Source of the DNA: an uncultured Alphaproteobacteria bacterium
GTDB taxonomy: Bacteria > Pseudomonadota > Alphaproteobacteria > Rhizobiales > Hyphomicrobiaceae
Direction: 5' to 3'
Assembly: GCA_963753045.1 (NCBI GenBank)
Contig: CAVWAT010000011.1
Span: 21,306-85,305 of the forward strand
Length of the DNA stretch: 64,000 bases
The notes under the pieces were generated by a model. That model was not told the origin of the DNA and did no database searches. It saw nothing but the letters and a program-made list of their open reading frames with translations. Each line of letters opens with the position of its first letter. Position 1 is the first letter of the stretch. This document shows positions 30,642-40,680 of this stretch, piece by piece. Position numbers and translations under genes: made by a program.

Positions 30642-30671
30642 AACTGGCCTAACTTTGCTCCGGCGTTGACA
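30642..30671. mobile_element. Isolated IS21-type terminal repeat
   Basis: aactggcctaactttgctccggcgttgaca, sharing ctccggcgttgaca with 2210-2223. Confidence 0.7.
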
Positions 30672-30675
30672 CGCA

Positions 30676-31059
30676 TTGATGTTCATGGCTCTGTCACCGT
30701 CGCAGTTGAGTGCGGCAGACGACGACGACAAGGACAAGTGCGAGGGTTTAGAATGGCCAGAGCCATCACCGCAACGGAGTTGGCTTCGCATAACGGTCAT
30801 GGGCGGCAAGACCTTCGACATGATGCTTGACGCTCCCCTGCGATACCAGTTTGGCGAAAAACTCACTCTACAGGGCACCGCTCACGGCAAGACCGGCAAG
30901 GAGTATTCCGTTGTTGGCATCAAGGAATATTGGACGATTCAGGACTACCACAAACACATCCCCGGATGCGGAAACCCCAAGCATCACGTCCAACAGTTCA
31001 TCCACCACATCACGGTCTCACCATCGGCGAGCATCGATAGAGGGAAGCCTAGCGAATAA
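30676..31059 (+). CDS. Hypothetical protein, possibly 5'-truncated
   Basis: Protein-like ORF starting next to the IS21 end remnant. Confidence 0.45.
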   Translation: MMFMALSPSQLSAADDDDKDKCEGLEWPEPSPQRSWLRITVMGGKTFDMMLDAPLRYQFGEKLTLQGTAHGKTGKEYSVVGIKEYWTIQDYHKHIPGCGNPKHHVQQFIHHITVSPSASIDRGKPSE

Positions 31060-31080
31060 TCGAGTCGATGAGCGAGCGTG

Positions 31081-31560
31081 ACTAGGTCCGCCGCATCCAT
31101 TTCAGATTGCCGCTCCTTTCTTCGACGGTCATTGACGGGAGGGGCGGCATAGGGCGACGAAACCTTTAGAGATTTCGGTGTTGTCGCCCTTTCAATTCGA
31201 ATCGCGCGCTCTCAGGTCGGGGGAACTTTCCTGACTGAGCAGCGATGAGCGGGGCAACGATTTTTGGTCATCTCGTTGCCCCGCACTCGTTCAAATTCAT
31301 GGTGGCGAGGTTCCTAGTCGCTGTGATGTGTGACTGAGGCGCATTATCTCGCCGCTTCTGTCACTTGAGCCGGAGTTGGGGTGGGTTCTCAGCTCCGGCT
31401 CAGTCCGTTTCAGTAAGGCGTTCGTCACCAGCGAAACGGCATCACGCCGTGGGCTTCCGGCGCTTTCTAATCCATCAGGTCTCCTTTGATTGTTGCGAGA
31501 GGCGGGTTGGGCAACGCCGGGTGTCTATCAAGCAGGCACGCTCAACCCGCCGTTTTCGTT
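31081..31560 (+). other. Hairpin-dense non-coding region (candidate structured RNA)
   Basis: At least 5 stems of 8-15 bp; G-U pairs consistently favour the + strand. Confidence 0.4.
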
Positions 31561-31885
31561 CGTTCGCAGGTAGGCTTTGGGATCTTGGCTTGAGCTGGGC
31601 CAGACAAGCTTAGCGTCGCCATCCACAAGCAGGCAATGGCTACGCGCGCCGCGACTGAGCACCTCATCAAAACCGGCATTTTTCCCACTTCCCGGTCTTC
31701 CAGTTCTTGCACTTGCTGTACTTGCGCCGCTGCGCGTCCGTTACGTGATTAAACCTGTGATGCAAAGCATACATCAGGTTTTTTTGAGCGAGCTTCCGGC
31801 TTAACTGTTTCCATCTCAGTCTCCGATGGAATGGATCAGGTGGCGTTGGCGCCTCACGCTCTGATGCCGCCCGACTCTTTCACCC

Positions 31886-32104
31886 ATGGAGGTCGCCTTG
31901 ATCGCGGATCCCGACACGCAAACATTTTGGATGATCGATCGCCCTGGAATCCTCGCCGGAGAAGCTGAATGGCTAGACTACTACGCCAAGATAGCTGAGG
32001 CGCTAGAGGCGCATCCTGAGTTTAAGGCAATGCAGCAAGAGGCAGAGCACGCGCTTTGGATGCTCTTGAACGGCGACTGCGAACACGGCGACGACTTGAA
32101 CTAG
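31886..32104 (+). CDS. Hypothetical protein (72 aa, 5' end uncertain)
   Basis: Acidic helical ORF next to the tRNA. Confidence 0.45.
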   Translation: MEVALIADPDTQTFWMIDRPGILAGEAEWLDYYAKIAEALEAHPEFKAMQQEAEHALWMLLNGDCEHGDDLN

Positions 32105-32162
32105 ATTTGAACTAACGAAGTTCGTTAGCCTACGAATCAAACCGTTAAGTCATTGATTTGAT

Positions 32163-32239
32163 TGGTGACCCCGACAGGATTCGAACCTGTGACCCTCAGA
32201 TTAGGAATCTGATGCTCTATCCTGCTGAGCTACGGGGCC
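32163..32239 (-). tRNA. tRNA-Arg(CCT)
   Basis: GGCCCCG..TCAGA-TTCCTAA-TCTGA..GGTTCGAATCC..CGGGGTC-ACCA cloverleaf with encoded CCA. Confidence 0.97.
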
Positions 32240-32846
32240 TTATTTTTTCAGCGGACGATGTAACCAACTGAAGTTCACTGGACTCCGTCCAGCGCCGAAC
32301 TGGTTATTACATGTCGTTTATTGACCCCGTAATCCAGAACTATCTATCAGAGATCACAAATCCCTCCAACATCCCACACATCATCGCGCTGGACAGGCCC
32401 TCGCCTTCGTCAACGGCTCCATCGATGACCACCAGACGAAAACCAGCTGTCCGCTTTTTGGCATCTGTTCGTAGGCAATGCGGCCTCTCCAACCGGCATT
32501 GAACCTGCGCTCCCCAGAGCCGGCCGCCAACAAGTTGATCCCATTATTCCAGGGGTCCGTTATGATGCCCATCGCAGCTTCGGTTGACTTGTGCACCGCA
32601 GCATGCAACATGACCGCTGCAGTTACCTGGGCGATTTTCGACGCTGTAGGTGCATGAAGCGACGGACGTGCATGGCGTCTCGTATCGTCCTTGAGCGCCA
32701 GCATGTCCGCCATACGAGCTCCCCAGATACATTTTCCCAATAGATTGCCCCAGCCATGGGGGCGTCGAGCTTTGGATTCCGGCAAGCGGAACGCAACCCA
32801 TGCGTTGCCGTGCGCGCGGGATCCGACGACACATGAAAGCGACTAA

Positions 32847-34418
32847 GTGACCCAATTTAATGAACTTGGCCTTGCCGCGCAGATCCTAAAGGCGCTTGAA
32901 GGCGAAGGTTACACCACTCCGACTCCCATCCAGGCTCAGGCCATTCCGGCGGCAATTGCAGGCTCCGACATCCTCGGCATCGCGCAAACCGGCACCGGCA
33001 AGACGGCGGCTTTCGCACTTCCTATTCTGCATCGCCTGGCCACGAACCGTACCCCGACCCCGCGTAAGGGTTGTCGGGCACTGATACTTTCTCCAACACG
33101 CGAACTCGCGTCCCAAATCGGCCAAAGCTTCAAGACCTATGGCCGGCACCTTGGCCTAACAGTTGGCATCGTGTTCGGTGGTATTCCGCATGGGCCCCAG
33201 ATACGGACGCTGGCAAAGGGTGTCGACATTCTGATCGCGACCCCTGGCCGCCTCCTCGATCATATCGCGGACCGCAAGGTCCAGCTCAGCGGCACGGAAA
33301 TCCTGGTCCTCGACGAAGCCGACCAAATGCTCGACGCTGGATTCTTGAGACCGATCCAGCGGATCATTTCAAACCTTTCGGCGCGGCGTCAAAGCCTGCT
33401 GTTCTCCGCAACGATGCCGAAAGAAATTGCGCACCTCGCCGACAACTTGCTGCGCGAGCCGGTTAAGGTCTCGGTTACTCCAACTGCCACGACGGTTGAT
33501 CGTATTGCGCAGCGCATCATCTTTATTGAAGCCAAGAAGAAGAAGGCGCTCCTTGTTGAATTGTTCGCCGACGAAGCGATGTCGCATACATTGGTCTTCA
33601 CGCGCACCAAGCGTGGCGCGGACCGGGTTGCCCGGCATCTGACCGCCTGCGGCATCGATACTGCGGCCATTCATGGCAACAAAAGCCAACGCCAGCGCGA
33701 AATTGCACTCAACGCATTCCGCGAGGCGAAGATCAGGGTGCTGGTAGCAACCGATATCGCGGCGCGTGGGATCGACGTCGATGGCGTCTCTCACGTCGTC
33801 AATTATGAGATGCCTGAAGTTCCCGAAGCCTATGTCCACCGTATTGGACGAACCGCGCGAGCCGGTGCCTCAGGCAGCGCGATTTCTCTCTGTGATAACG
33901 AAGAACGCGATCTATTGCGGAGCATCGAAAGGCTGATACGCCAGACAATCCCAACCGTCGATCGTCGCAATGACAGCACGTTGACGGCCGAAGCAAAGGG
34001 AGCTGGCAGAGAGAGCAGGCCACGCACGAACCCTCACAAGTCGCAACGCGCTGCAGGAGCGAATAAAGCCCCAGGTAAAACGTCACGCAGTTACGGAGAG
34101 GGCAAGCGCCGCCGGCCAGAAAGAAAGGCCGAGCACGCACCCGATCAACACCAAAGAAATGATGAAGCCGGTGGTGATCAGCAAAAGATCGCCCAGGCGA
34201 AACCAGATTTCAGGGCAGCCCCCCGCAAGCAGCCTCGTCCAAAAGCGCGGCGCCCCAAGCCTCAGGATGGCACCGCTCGTCCAGCCCGCAAGCCAAACCG
34301 GAATCTGTACAGCGCGTCCCGTGTCAGCGTAACAGCCGAATACGCCAAGCGTCATCGCAGTATGCTGTTACGCCTTGGTCCCTGTCAGGGCCATTCGGAT
34401 GCCTGCTTCACGGATTAA
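32847..34418 (+). CDS. rhlE: DEAD-box RNA helicase (RhlE-like) with a basic tail
   Basis: AQTGTGKT, PTRELA, TPGRL, DEAD, SAT, ARGID, HRIGRTAR. Confidence 0.93.
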   Translation: MTQFNELGLAAQILKALEGEGYTTPTPIQAQAIPAAIAGSDILGIAQTGTGKTAAFALPILHRLATNRTPTPRKGCRALILSPTRELASQIGQSFKTYGRHLGLTVGIVFGGIPHGPQIRTLAKGVDILIATPGRLLDHIADRKVQLSGTEILVLDEADQMLDAGFLRPIQRIISNLSARRQSLLFSATMPKEIAHLADNLLREPVKVSVTPTATTVDRIAQRIIFIEAKKKKALLVELFADEAMSHTLVFTRTKRGADRVARHLTACGIDTAAIHGNKSQRQREIALNAFREAKIRVLVATDIAARGIDVDGVSHVVNYEMPEVPEAYVHRIGRTARAGASGSAISLCDNEERDLLRSIERLIRQTIPTVDRRNDSTLTAEAKGAGRESRPRTNPHKSQRAAGANKAPGKTSRSYGEGKRRRPERKAEHAPDQHQRNDEAGGDQQKIAQAKPDFRAAPRKQPRPKARRPKPQDGTARPARKPNRNLYSASRVSVTAEYAKRHRSMLLRLGPCQGHSDACFTD

Positions 34419-34614
34419 AGTGGAGCAGGCCGGCAACTGTTCGCCGTCAGCACTCACAGGACAGATTGAGCTGATTGCGCAAGAGAGACCGTCCGGTTCA
34501 TCGTAACCCCCAGGAGGGAGACGATGACTGATAGGAATGAGCGCTGTCCGGGCAGCGCAGACACGACCGTCCGGGACATTCGTAGAGCGACGCGCCCGCA
34601 TGCAAGGAGCCCGC

Positions 34615-35412
34615 ATGCCCAAGTCCATCGTTGAGCAACAATTCGGCCCCTCGGCCAAAGCCTACGCCGAATGTGAAGTTCACCGCAGCGGTGCTAGTCT
34701 CGCCCTGCTTGTTGAATTGGTCGAGCCGCAATCCCATTGGCACGCTCTCGACGTTGCCACAGGCGCAGGACACACAGCAATGAGCTTCGCCCCTCACGTG
34801 GCTCACGTGATCGCCAGCGACATCACCGCCGAGATGCTGAGCGAGACTGGTAAGCTCGCCGCTGAACGCGGCCTCGCAAACGTTTCGACCGCCACCGCCG
34901 ATGCACAAGATCTTCCCTTCGAAGCCGAACGTTTTGATCTGGTAACCTGCCGGTTGGCCGCCCATCACTTCCCCGCCATCGGCCGCTTCATCGAAGAGGC
35001 CCACGCCGTCCTGCGCCCCGGTGGCATACTCGCCGTTGTCGATAATGTCCCGCCCGACCAGGACACAGTGCCGGGGCTGACGGCCAGCGATGTTTCAACC
35101 GTCGCAGAAGCCTACAATGCATTCGAAAAACTGCGTGATCCAAGCCACGCCCGCGCACTCAGCGTTGAGGAGTGGACCGAACTCAAACGCAAGTCCGGAT
35201 TCGAACCGCGAAGCTGTACGTTGCTGGAAAAGGAAATGGCTTTCCGGCCCTGGGTTGAAAGGATGCGTTGCACGCCCGAGACTGTGCGTCAGCTGGAACA
35301 GATCATCCGGCAGCCGTCCGCCCTATCAACCTTCCTGAAGCCACACGATGACGGCGAAGAACTTCATCTCACGCTACGCGAGGCGATCCTGGTTGCCCAA
35401 AAACACCCATGA
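34615..35412 (+). CDS. Class I SAM-dependent methyltransferase
   Basis: LDVATGAG, FDLVTCR, LRPGG; AAGGAG SD before ATG 34615. Confidence 0.88.
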   Translation: MPKSIVEQQFGPSAKAYAECEVHRSGASLALLVELVEPQSHWHALDVATGAGHTAMSFAPHVAHVIASDITAEMLSETGKLAAERGLANVSTATADAQDLPFEAERFDLVTCRLAAHHFPAIGRFIEEAHAVLRPGGILAVVDNVPPDQDTVPGLTASDVSTVAEAYNAFEKLRDPSHARALSVEEWTELKRKSGFEPRSCTLLEKEMAFRPWVERMRCTPETVRQLEQIIRQPSALSTFLKPHDDGEELHLTLREAILVAQKHP

Positions 35413-35696
35413 GCTGATCGGCTCTCGCATCCCGCTCCAACACAGCGGTTGGTCCATTACCGCACCACGCGAGAGTCAATCAAACCTGCCGGGGTTGAAA
35501 TGTGGCCACTTACGGGCCAGCATAAAGATGAGGGCTGAGCGAAGGGGGCAACGGGGCCGGAGACGCCGAAATCGAGCATTAAAAGCTAAATACTCGAGGT
35601 GGTCAGTCAGAAAGAAACCAAACATTAATCATGTTCCCGACACATATTTACAGCTGTTTATGCTGAATGGTGGGATTGGGAATGAGGGGCGCATTC

Positions 35697-36215
35697 ATGA
35701 GACCGATAGTATTACCGGTGCTTCTGGCAATCGTGGCGGTGAGCCTTATGCTGTTCGCTCCCCCAGCCGCGGCTGAAAACCCGCCAAGTCCGGAAGAATA
35801 CGTCGATTACGTCGGTGGGGATGCACGCATTCTGCCGGCAGGCGGCCTCAAGCTCGATGGCGCTAAGCAATTGTGCGGGCGGCGCCCGACGGTACTAGAT
35901 CCCAATCTCGACGATTACGGCGCCGCTTACCCCGGCTTCCTGATCATGAATCCGAAACTACTCGCGCGCGTCTCGTCCCCCGTAAAGAAGTGGATTTACG
36001 CGCATGAATGCGGGCATCAGTTTCGCGGACCTGACGAAGAGACGGCCGACTGCTTTGCCGTCCAGCGCGGTCGCCGCTATGGCTGGTTAACTCCGCAGGG
36101 GCTCGATGAGGTTTGCAACTTCATATCCCCGGCGAAGGGCGACATGATGCACCTTCAAGGTTCTTATCGCTGCGAATATATGCGCAAGTGCTTCGCAGAT
36201 CCCACGGTTCGCTAA
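35697..36215 (+). CDS. Secreted protein with an HExxH metallopeptidase-like motif
   Basis: Signal peptide; WIYAHECGH..EETADCFA. Confidence 0.7.
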   Translation: MRPIVLPVLLAIVAVSLMLFAPPAAAENPPSPEEYVDYVGGDARILPAGGLKLDGAKQLCGRRPTVLDPNLDDYGAAYPGFLIMNPKLLARVSSPVKKWIYAHECGHQFRGPDEETADCFAVQRGRRYGWLTPQGLDEVCNFISPAKGDMMHLQGSYRCEYMRKCFADPTVR

Positions 36216-36379
36216 CCTGCCTCCCAAGGCGGCTGTTTGGCCGCCGCTAATCCCCGGACACCCAAGACCGAATACTCTGGTCAGCTCAACAGCGGATTAC
36301 CGGGAGACCGTCGGTCGGCATGCGCGGGACCGAACTGGCAAAGAACATCTTGGCGTTGGCCGAAGTCGTGCACCGCTAG

Positions 36380-36769
36380 TTGGGCGCCCTATCCCAATTG
36401 GAGCCGGAGCATAAGGCGCGGGCCGCCCGTTACGCCGAAGCGATCGCCAATACTTTGGCCTATGCCGCCGATGCGCTATCACAGATCGACGGTCGCTCAG
36501 CCAACCCCGCGACCAGCCTCAAGGCCCGCCGTACTGCGATTAGAGAACTCGGCCGTGTCCACGGCTATGTCACAACCATTGTCGAGGTTCTCCAGCATCG
36601 TCTTGACGAGCGCCGCTTGGCTGGAGTTAAAAAGCAGCTCGAGAGCCTTGATCAAGGACCGCTGCGAGTGCTTAGTGAGGATGAACCCGTCTCCAGCGAG
36701 CTTCGCATCGATCAACTCTATGCTGTCGAAGGCTACTTCCGCGCTCTATCTGACAGCCTGCGGGTATGA
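36380..36769 (+). CDS. Hypothetical protein (129 aa)
   Basis: Helical ORF upstream of leuD. Confidence 0.65.
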   Translation: MGALSQLEPEHKARAARYAEAIANTLAYAADALSQIDGRSANPATSLKARRTAIRELGRVHGYVTTIVEVLQHRLDERRLAGVKKQLESLDQGPLRVLSEDEPVSSELRIDQLYAVEGYFRALSDSLRV

Positions 36770-36813
36770 CACACGCCGCCTCCAATCGAGATGGCCGCTT
36801 CCGGGAGACCAAA

Positions 36814-37419
36814 ATGGACAAGTTCACGACGCTCACGGGCATCGCCGCGCCGCTACCGATCCGTAACGTCGACACCGACATGATCATCCCGAAGCAATTC
36901 TTGAAAACCATTCACCGCACGGGCCTCGGCGAGACACTCTTTTTCGAGATGCGTTACGATCACCAGGGCATGGAGAACCCAGACTTCGTTCTCAACAAAC
37001 CTGCTTACCGGAAGGCTTCGATCCTAGTCGCAGGCGATAACTTCGGCTGCGGGTCCTCCCGGGAGCATGCCCCCTGGGCCCTGCACGACTTTGGTATCCG
37101 CTGCGTCATTGCCCCAGACTTCGCTGACATATTCTACAGCAACTGCTTCCAGAACGGCATGCTTCCGATCAGGCTCCCAGGAGCCGATGTCGACAAGCTG
37201 ATGGACGATGCCGAGCGCGGCGCCAATGCGATGATAACGATTGATCTGGAGGCTCAAGAAATCCGCGGACCCGACGGAGGCGTGATCAAGTTCGAGATTG
37301 AGCCATTCCGCAAGCATCGCCTCCTCAACGGCCTCGACAACATTGGCCTGACCCTGGAGAAAACCGAAAAGATAAAAGCCTTCGAAGAGGAGGCCGCGAC
37401 CAAATACCCTTGGCTGTAA
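36814..37419 (+). CDS. leuD: 3-isopropylmalate dehydratase small subunit
   Basis: [33 protein letters not shown]. Confidence 0.97.
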   Translation: MDKFTTLTGIAAPLPIRNVDTDMIIPKQFLKTIHRTGLGETLFFEMRYDHQGMENPDFVLNKPAYRKASILVAGDNFGCGSSREHAPWALHDFGIRCVIAPDFADIFYSNCFQNGMLPIRLPGADVDKLMDDAERGANAMITIDLEAQEIRGPDGGVIKFEIEPFRKHRLLNGLDNIGLTLEKTEKIKAFEEEAATKYPWL

Positions 37420-37468
37420 CGAACACCGCTCCCCGATGTACACCACCGGACCACCGGAAAACTGAGCG

Positions 37469-39106
37469 ATGAGAACCGGGGAGCGGAACGGTTTTATCGG
37501 AGACATCTACGGCGGTCTGACAGCCGCCGTTGTGGCATTGCCGCTGGCGCTGGCCTTCGGCGTTGCTTCAGGCGTCGGTGCGATTGCGGGCCTCTACGGC
37601 GCCATCGCCGTCGGCTTCTTCGCCGCTGTATTCGGTGGCACGCCAAGCCAGGTTTCCGGCCCCACCGGCCCGATGACCGTGGTGATGGCGACGATCGTCG
37701 CTCAATTTGCCGACAACCTACCCCAGGCATTCGCCATCGTCGTTCTCGGCGGACTACTGCAGATCGCTTTCGGCCTTATGCGCGTCGGCCGATATGTCTC
37801 CTACACCCCCTACTCTGTCGTCTCCGGCTTCATGTCGGGGATCGGGGTTATCATCATACTGATCCAAACCTTGCCGTTTGTCGGCGCTGCCGCCGTCAGT
37901 GGCGGACCGATGGGCGCCGTGATGTCCTGGCCCGCCGTTGTCCACGGTATCAACACCGATGCGCTGATGATCGCATTGCTCGCGCTCGCCGTCATGATCT
38001 TCTGGCCCAACCGGTTCGGCCGCTATCTGCCTGCACCGTTGGCTGCATTGATCGCAGGTACACTCGCCGGCCTGCTCGTTTTCCACACCGCCCCCGTTAT
38101 CGGCGACGTGCCCACCGGACTTCCTGCGTTGCGGATACCGAGTGTGGAGCTCGCCAGCCTCCCAGCGATTGTCGAGCCGGCGCTCATTCTCGCTCTTCTC
38201 GGATCAATTGACAGCCTGCTGACCTCCCTTGTAGCCGATTCAATCACAAGGAGCCGCCACGACTCCAACCGTGAATTGATCGGCCAGGGCATCGGCAACG
38301 TCGCTGCCGGATTGATTGGAGCGCTACCTGGAGCCGGTGCCACGATGCGCACCGTGGTCAACGTTCGCGCCGGTGGACGAACCCGACTGTCTGGCGCGCT
38401 TCATGCCCTCATATTACTGGCGCTTGTTCTCGGCCTGGGCCCCATCGCCGAGCAGATCCCCCACGCCGCCTTGGCCGGCATACTGATGAAAGTTGGCTGG
38501 GACATTATCGACTGGTCGTACTTGAAGAGGTTCCGCAGCGCCCCGCGCGACAAACTCACCATCATGCTGGTTACGCTAACTCTGACGGTATTCGTCGACC
38601 TTATCACGGCAGTTGCGGTCGGCTTGATCTTGGCCGGATTTGTTACCGCGCGTTGGATGGAGACCGAAGAATTGAAGGGCGTCACCCAGTTGGCGCTTCC
38701 CGAGAACGAAGATTCGCTCAGTGGGGCTGAACGCGCCGCTCTCAAGCGCAACAACGGCAAGATCGCTCTTTTGGCCCTACGCGGGCACTTTTCTTATGCC
38801 TCCGCGCGCGAATTGGTGCAGCGAGTTGGGATGGGCATATCTGGCTATCAGGTCGCCATTTTCGATTTCACCGAAGCTGCTCATATCGACACCAGCGCGG
38901 CACTGTCGATTGAAGCCATGCTTGAGTTGGCTCAAGAAGAGGTCAAAGGCATCTTCGTCAGCGGTCTATCCGGCTCTGCCGAAGAAACCCTCACCCGGCT
39001 TGGCGCCCTCCAGCATGTGCCTGAATCACACATCACCCAGACGCGGATGCAAGCGATCGAGTGCGCCACTGCACTTTTGAAAGATCTGGAAAATGCACCG
39101 CCATAG
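37469..39106 (+). CDS. SulP-family (BicA-like) anion transporter with STAS
   Basis: GGLTAAVVALPLALAFG, SGPTGPM, NRELIGQG, GAGATMRT. Confidence 0.92.
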   Translation: MRTGERNGFIGDIYGGLTAAVVALPLALAFGVASGVGAIAGLYGAIAVGFFAAVFGGTPSQVSGPTGPMTVVMATIVAQFADNLPQAFAIVVLGGLLQIAFGLMRVGRYVSYTPYSVVSGFMSGIGVIIILIQTLPFVGAAAVSGGPMGAVMSWPAVVHGINTDALMIALLALAVMIFWPNRFGRYLPAPLAALIAGTLAGLLVFHTAPVIGDVPTGLPALRIPSVELASLPAIVEPALILALLGSIDSLLTSLVADSITRSRHDSNRELIGQGIGNVAAGLIGALPGAGATMRTVVNVRAGGRTRLSGALHALILLALVLGLGPIAEQIPHAALAGILMKVGWDIIDWSYLKRFRSAPRDKLTIMLVTLTLTVFVDLITAVAVGLILAGFVTARWMETEELKGVTQLALPENEDSLSGAERAALKRNNGKIALLALRGHFSYASARELVQRVGMGISGYQVAIFDFTEAAHIDTSAALSIEAMLELAQEEVKGIFVSGLSGSAEETLTRLGALQHVPESHITQTRMQAIECATALLKDLENAPP

Positions 39107-39111
39107 GGAGC

Positions 39112-40053
39112 CTAAACCTGATCATCGGTTGCTACTTGTGCCACCTGACCTGCTTCCCAGCCAATCAGCGCCAACTTGCGCGTCAGCCCCCAATGATAGC
39201 CTCCAAGACCTCCATCGGCACGCAACACACGGTGACAGGGAACCACGAACGACAGCGGGTTCTTGCCAACCGCCGTACCGACGGCACGTGCCGCACGCTC
39301 AGTGCAAACCTGCCGGGCAACATCGCGGTAGCTGACCGCGTGCCCCACCGGGATCGTCAGCAGCGCCTGCCAGACCCGGACCTCGAAGTCGGTACCGATC
39401 ATGATGAGCCGCACCGGCTCCGCCGAAGACCACCGCGCCGGATCGAAAATAACGTCGATGAACGGCTGCGTTTTTTCGGGTGATTTCGTCAGAGTGGCGC
39501 CAGGCCAACGGCTGCCGAGATCGACGAACGCATCGTGTGGCGTCTGCCCCTTGTCTTCATCGACAAACGCAAGTCCTGCGATCCCCCGCTTGCTGGCGAC
39601 AGCCACCGCCTCCCCAAAAGGCGTCGCGTGCACGCCCCAGGCCAACTGCAGGCCAGCCCCGCGGCGCTTGAAATCACCAGGCGTCATAGCTTCGTGAGTA
39701 ACAAACAGATCGTGCAGTCTGCCGGCCCCGGACAATCCGACAGTATGTGCAGTCTCCAGAACGCTTGCGCTGTCCTGGAGCAAACGCCGGGCCCGGTCGA
39801 GCGCGATCGCGGCGCTGAAGTCTTTCGGCGAAAGCCCGCACCAACGCTTGAACAATCGCTGACAGTGCGACGGGGAAAGCCCCAGATGCTCGGCAAGTAC
39901 ATCAAGGCGGGCCGGCGGCTGATCATCACGCTTCAAAAACGCAATAGCTCGCCGGATGGTCGCATAGTCCTGCGTGCGCAGGTCGGCGACCGTACCGGCC
40001 TGTTCTGCAATTTCCGTGATTTCGACCATCGGGAGCCCTTCGTTCGAACTCAT
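39112..40053 (-). CDS. ada: Ada-type AraC-HTH plus methylated-DNA-protein-cysteine methyltransferase
   Basis: HLGLSPSH..RLF, RLHDLF, GTDFE..VW, VPCHRV, GGYHWG. Confidence 0.9.
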   Translation of the reverse strand: MSSNEGLPMVEITEIAEQAGTVADLRTQDYATIRRAIAFLKRDDQPPARLDVLAEHLGLSPSHCQRLFKRWCGLSPKDFSAAIALDRARRLLQDSASVLETAHTVGLSGAGRLHDLFVTHEAMTPGDFKRRGAGLQLAWGVHATPFGEAVAVASKRGIAGLAFVDEDKGQTPHDAFVDLGSRWPGATLTKSPEKTQPFIDVIFDPARWSSAEPVRLIMIGTDFEVRVWQALLTIPVGHAVSYRDVARQVCTERAARAVGTAVGKNPLSFVVPCHRVLRADGGLGGYHWGLTRKLALIGWEAGQVAQVATDDQV

Positions 40054-40122
40054 GGGCCCCGGATCTAACGCGGTCGCGAGGGCAAAGGCGACCCGATTCT
40101 TGCTCCAACCGAATTGCTACGC

Positions 40123-40620
40123 CTACTGCGTGCGTGCGCTCATCAGCGCCGAACGAAGAGCTTCAACAAACTCGCGACGCTCGTCGTCGCTCAAAAACCG
40201 TCCAAACACCAGTTCGCGGCCGTGCGAGGTCAGCCACATAATGGTTCGCCCATCGGTTTCCTCCGTGAGCCCCACACGCACCCAATAAGGATTGAAATCG
40301 TATGATTGCGCACGGCCTCTGGGGTCCACACGCGTCAGCTTTAACAGCTGCCGCGACAGCTCGACCGTCTCATACTCACGCCCGGAACGGTAATTCAGCC
40401 TAAAAGCAACGTAGATCAGCAGCACGTCGAGCCCGAAGAATCCGAGAATGGGCCAAGCGCCGAGCAACAAGAAATACATGCCAACGACGAAGCTGACGAG
40501 CGCGATCGACGACATCAAAACCAGAAAGCCGAAGGGACTGAGCGAGCGATGCGGTGTCAGAATTGCGTTGAACGTTTCCGCTGGTTGCGCTTCTTGTTGT
40601 TGCTCTTCCATCCAACTCAC
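40123..40620 (-). CDS. DUF2244 family membrane protein
   Basis: LTPHRSLS, GAWPILGFFGLD, FNPYWVR, FGRFL. Confidence 0.85.
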   Translation of the reverse strand: MSWMEEQQQEAQPAETFNAILTPHRSLSPFGFLVLMSSIALVSFVVGMYFLLLGAWPILGFFGLDVLLIYVAFRLNYRSGREYETVELSRQLLKLTRVDPRGRAQSYDFNPYWVRVGLTEETDGRTIMWLTSHGRELVFGRFLSDDERREFVEALRSALMSARTQ

Positions 40621-40680
40621 CTGTCGTGCAACGGCATCGACGTCCTTTCGCGAAGCCCGAAACCGGTTCTACCCAGCCCC

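Noticed and set aside
34440-34614. Riboswitch upstream of the methyltransferase
   Set aside because: Only a short gagagaccg resemblance to glycine riboswitches; no complete conserved core for SAM or glycine classes.
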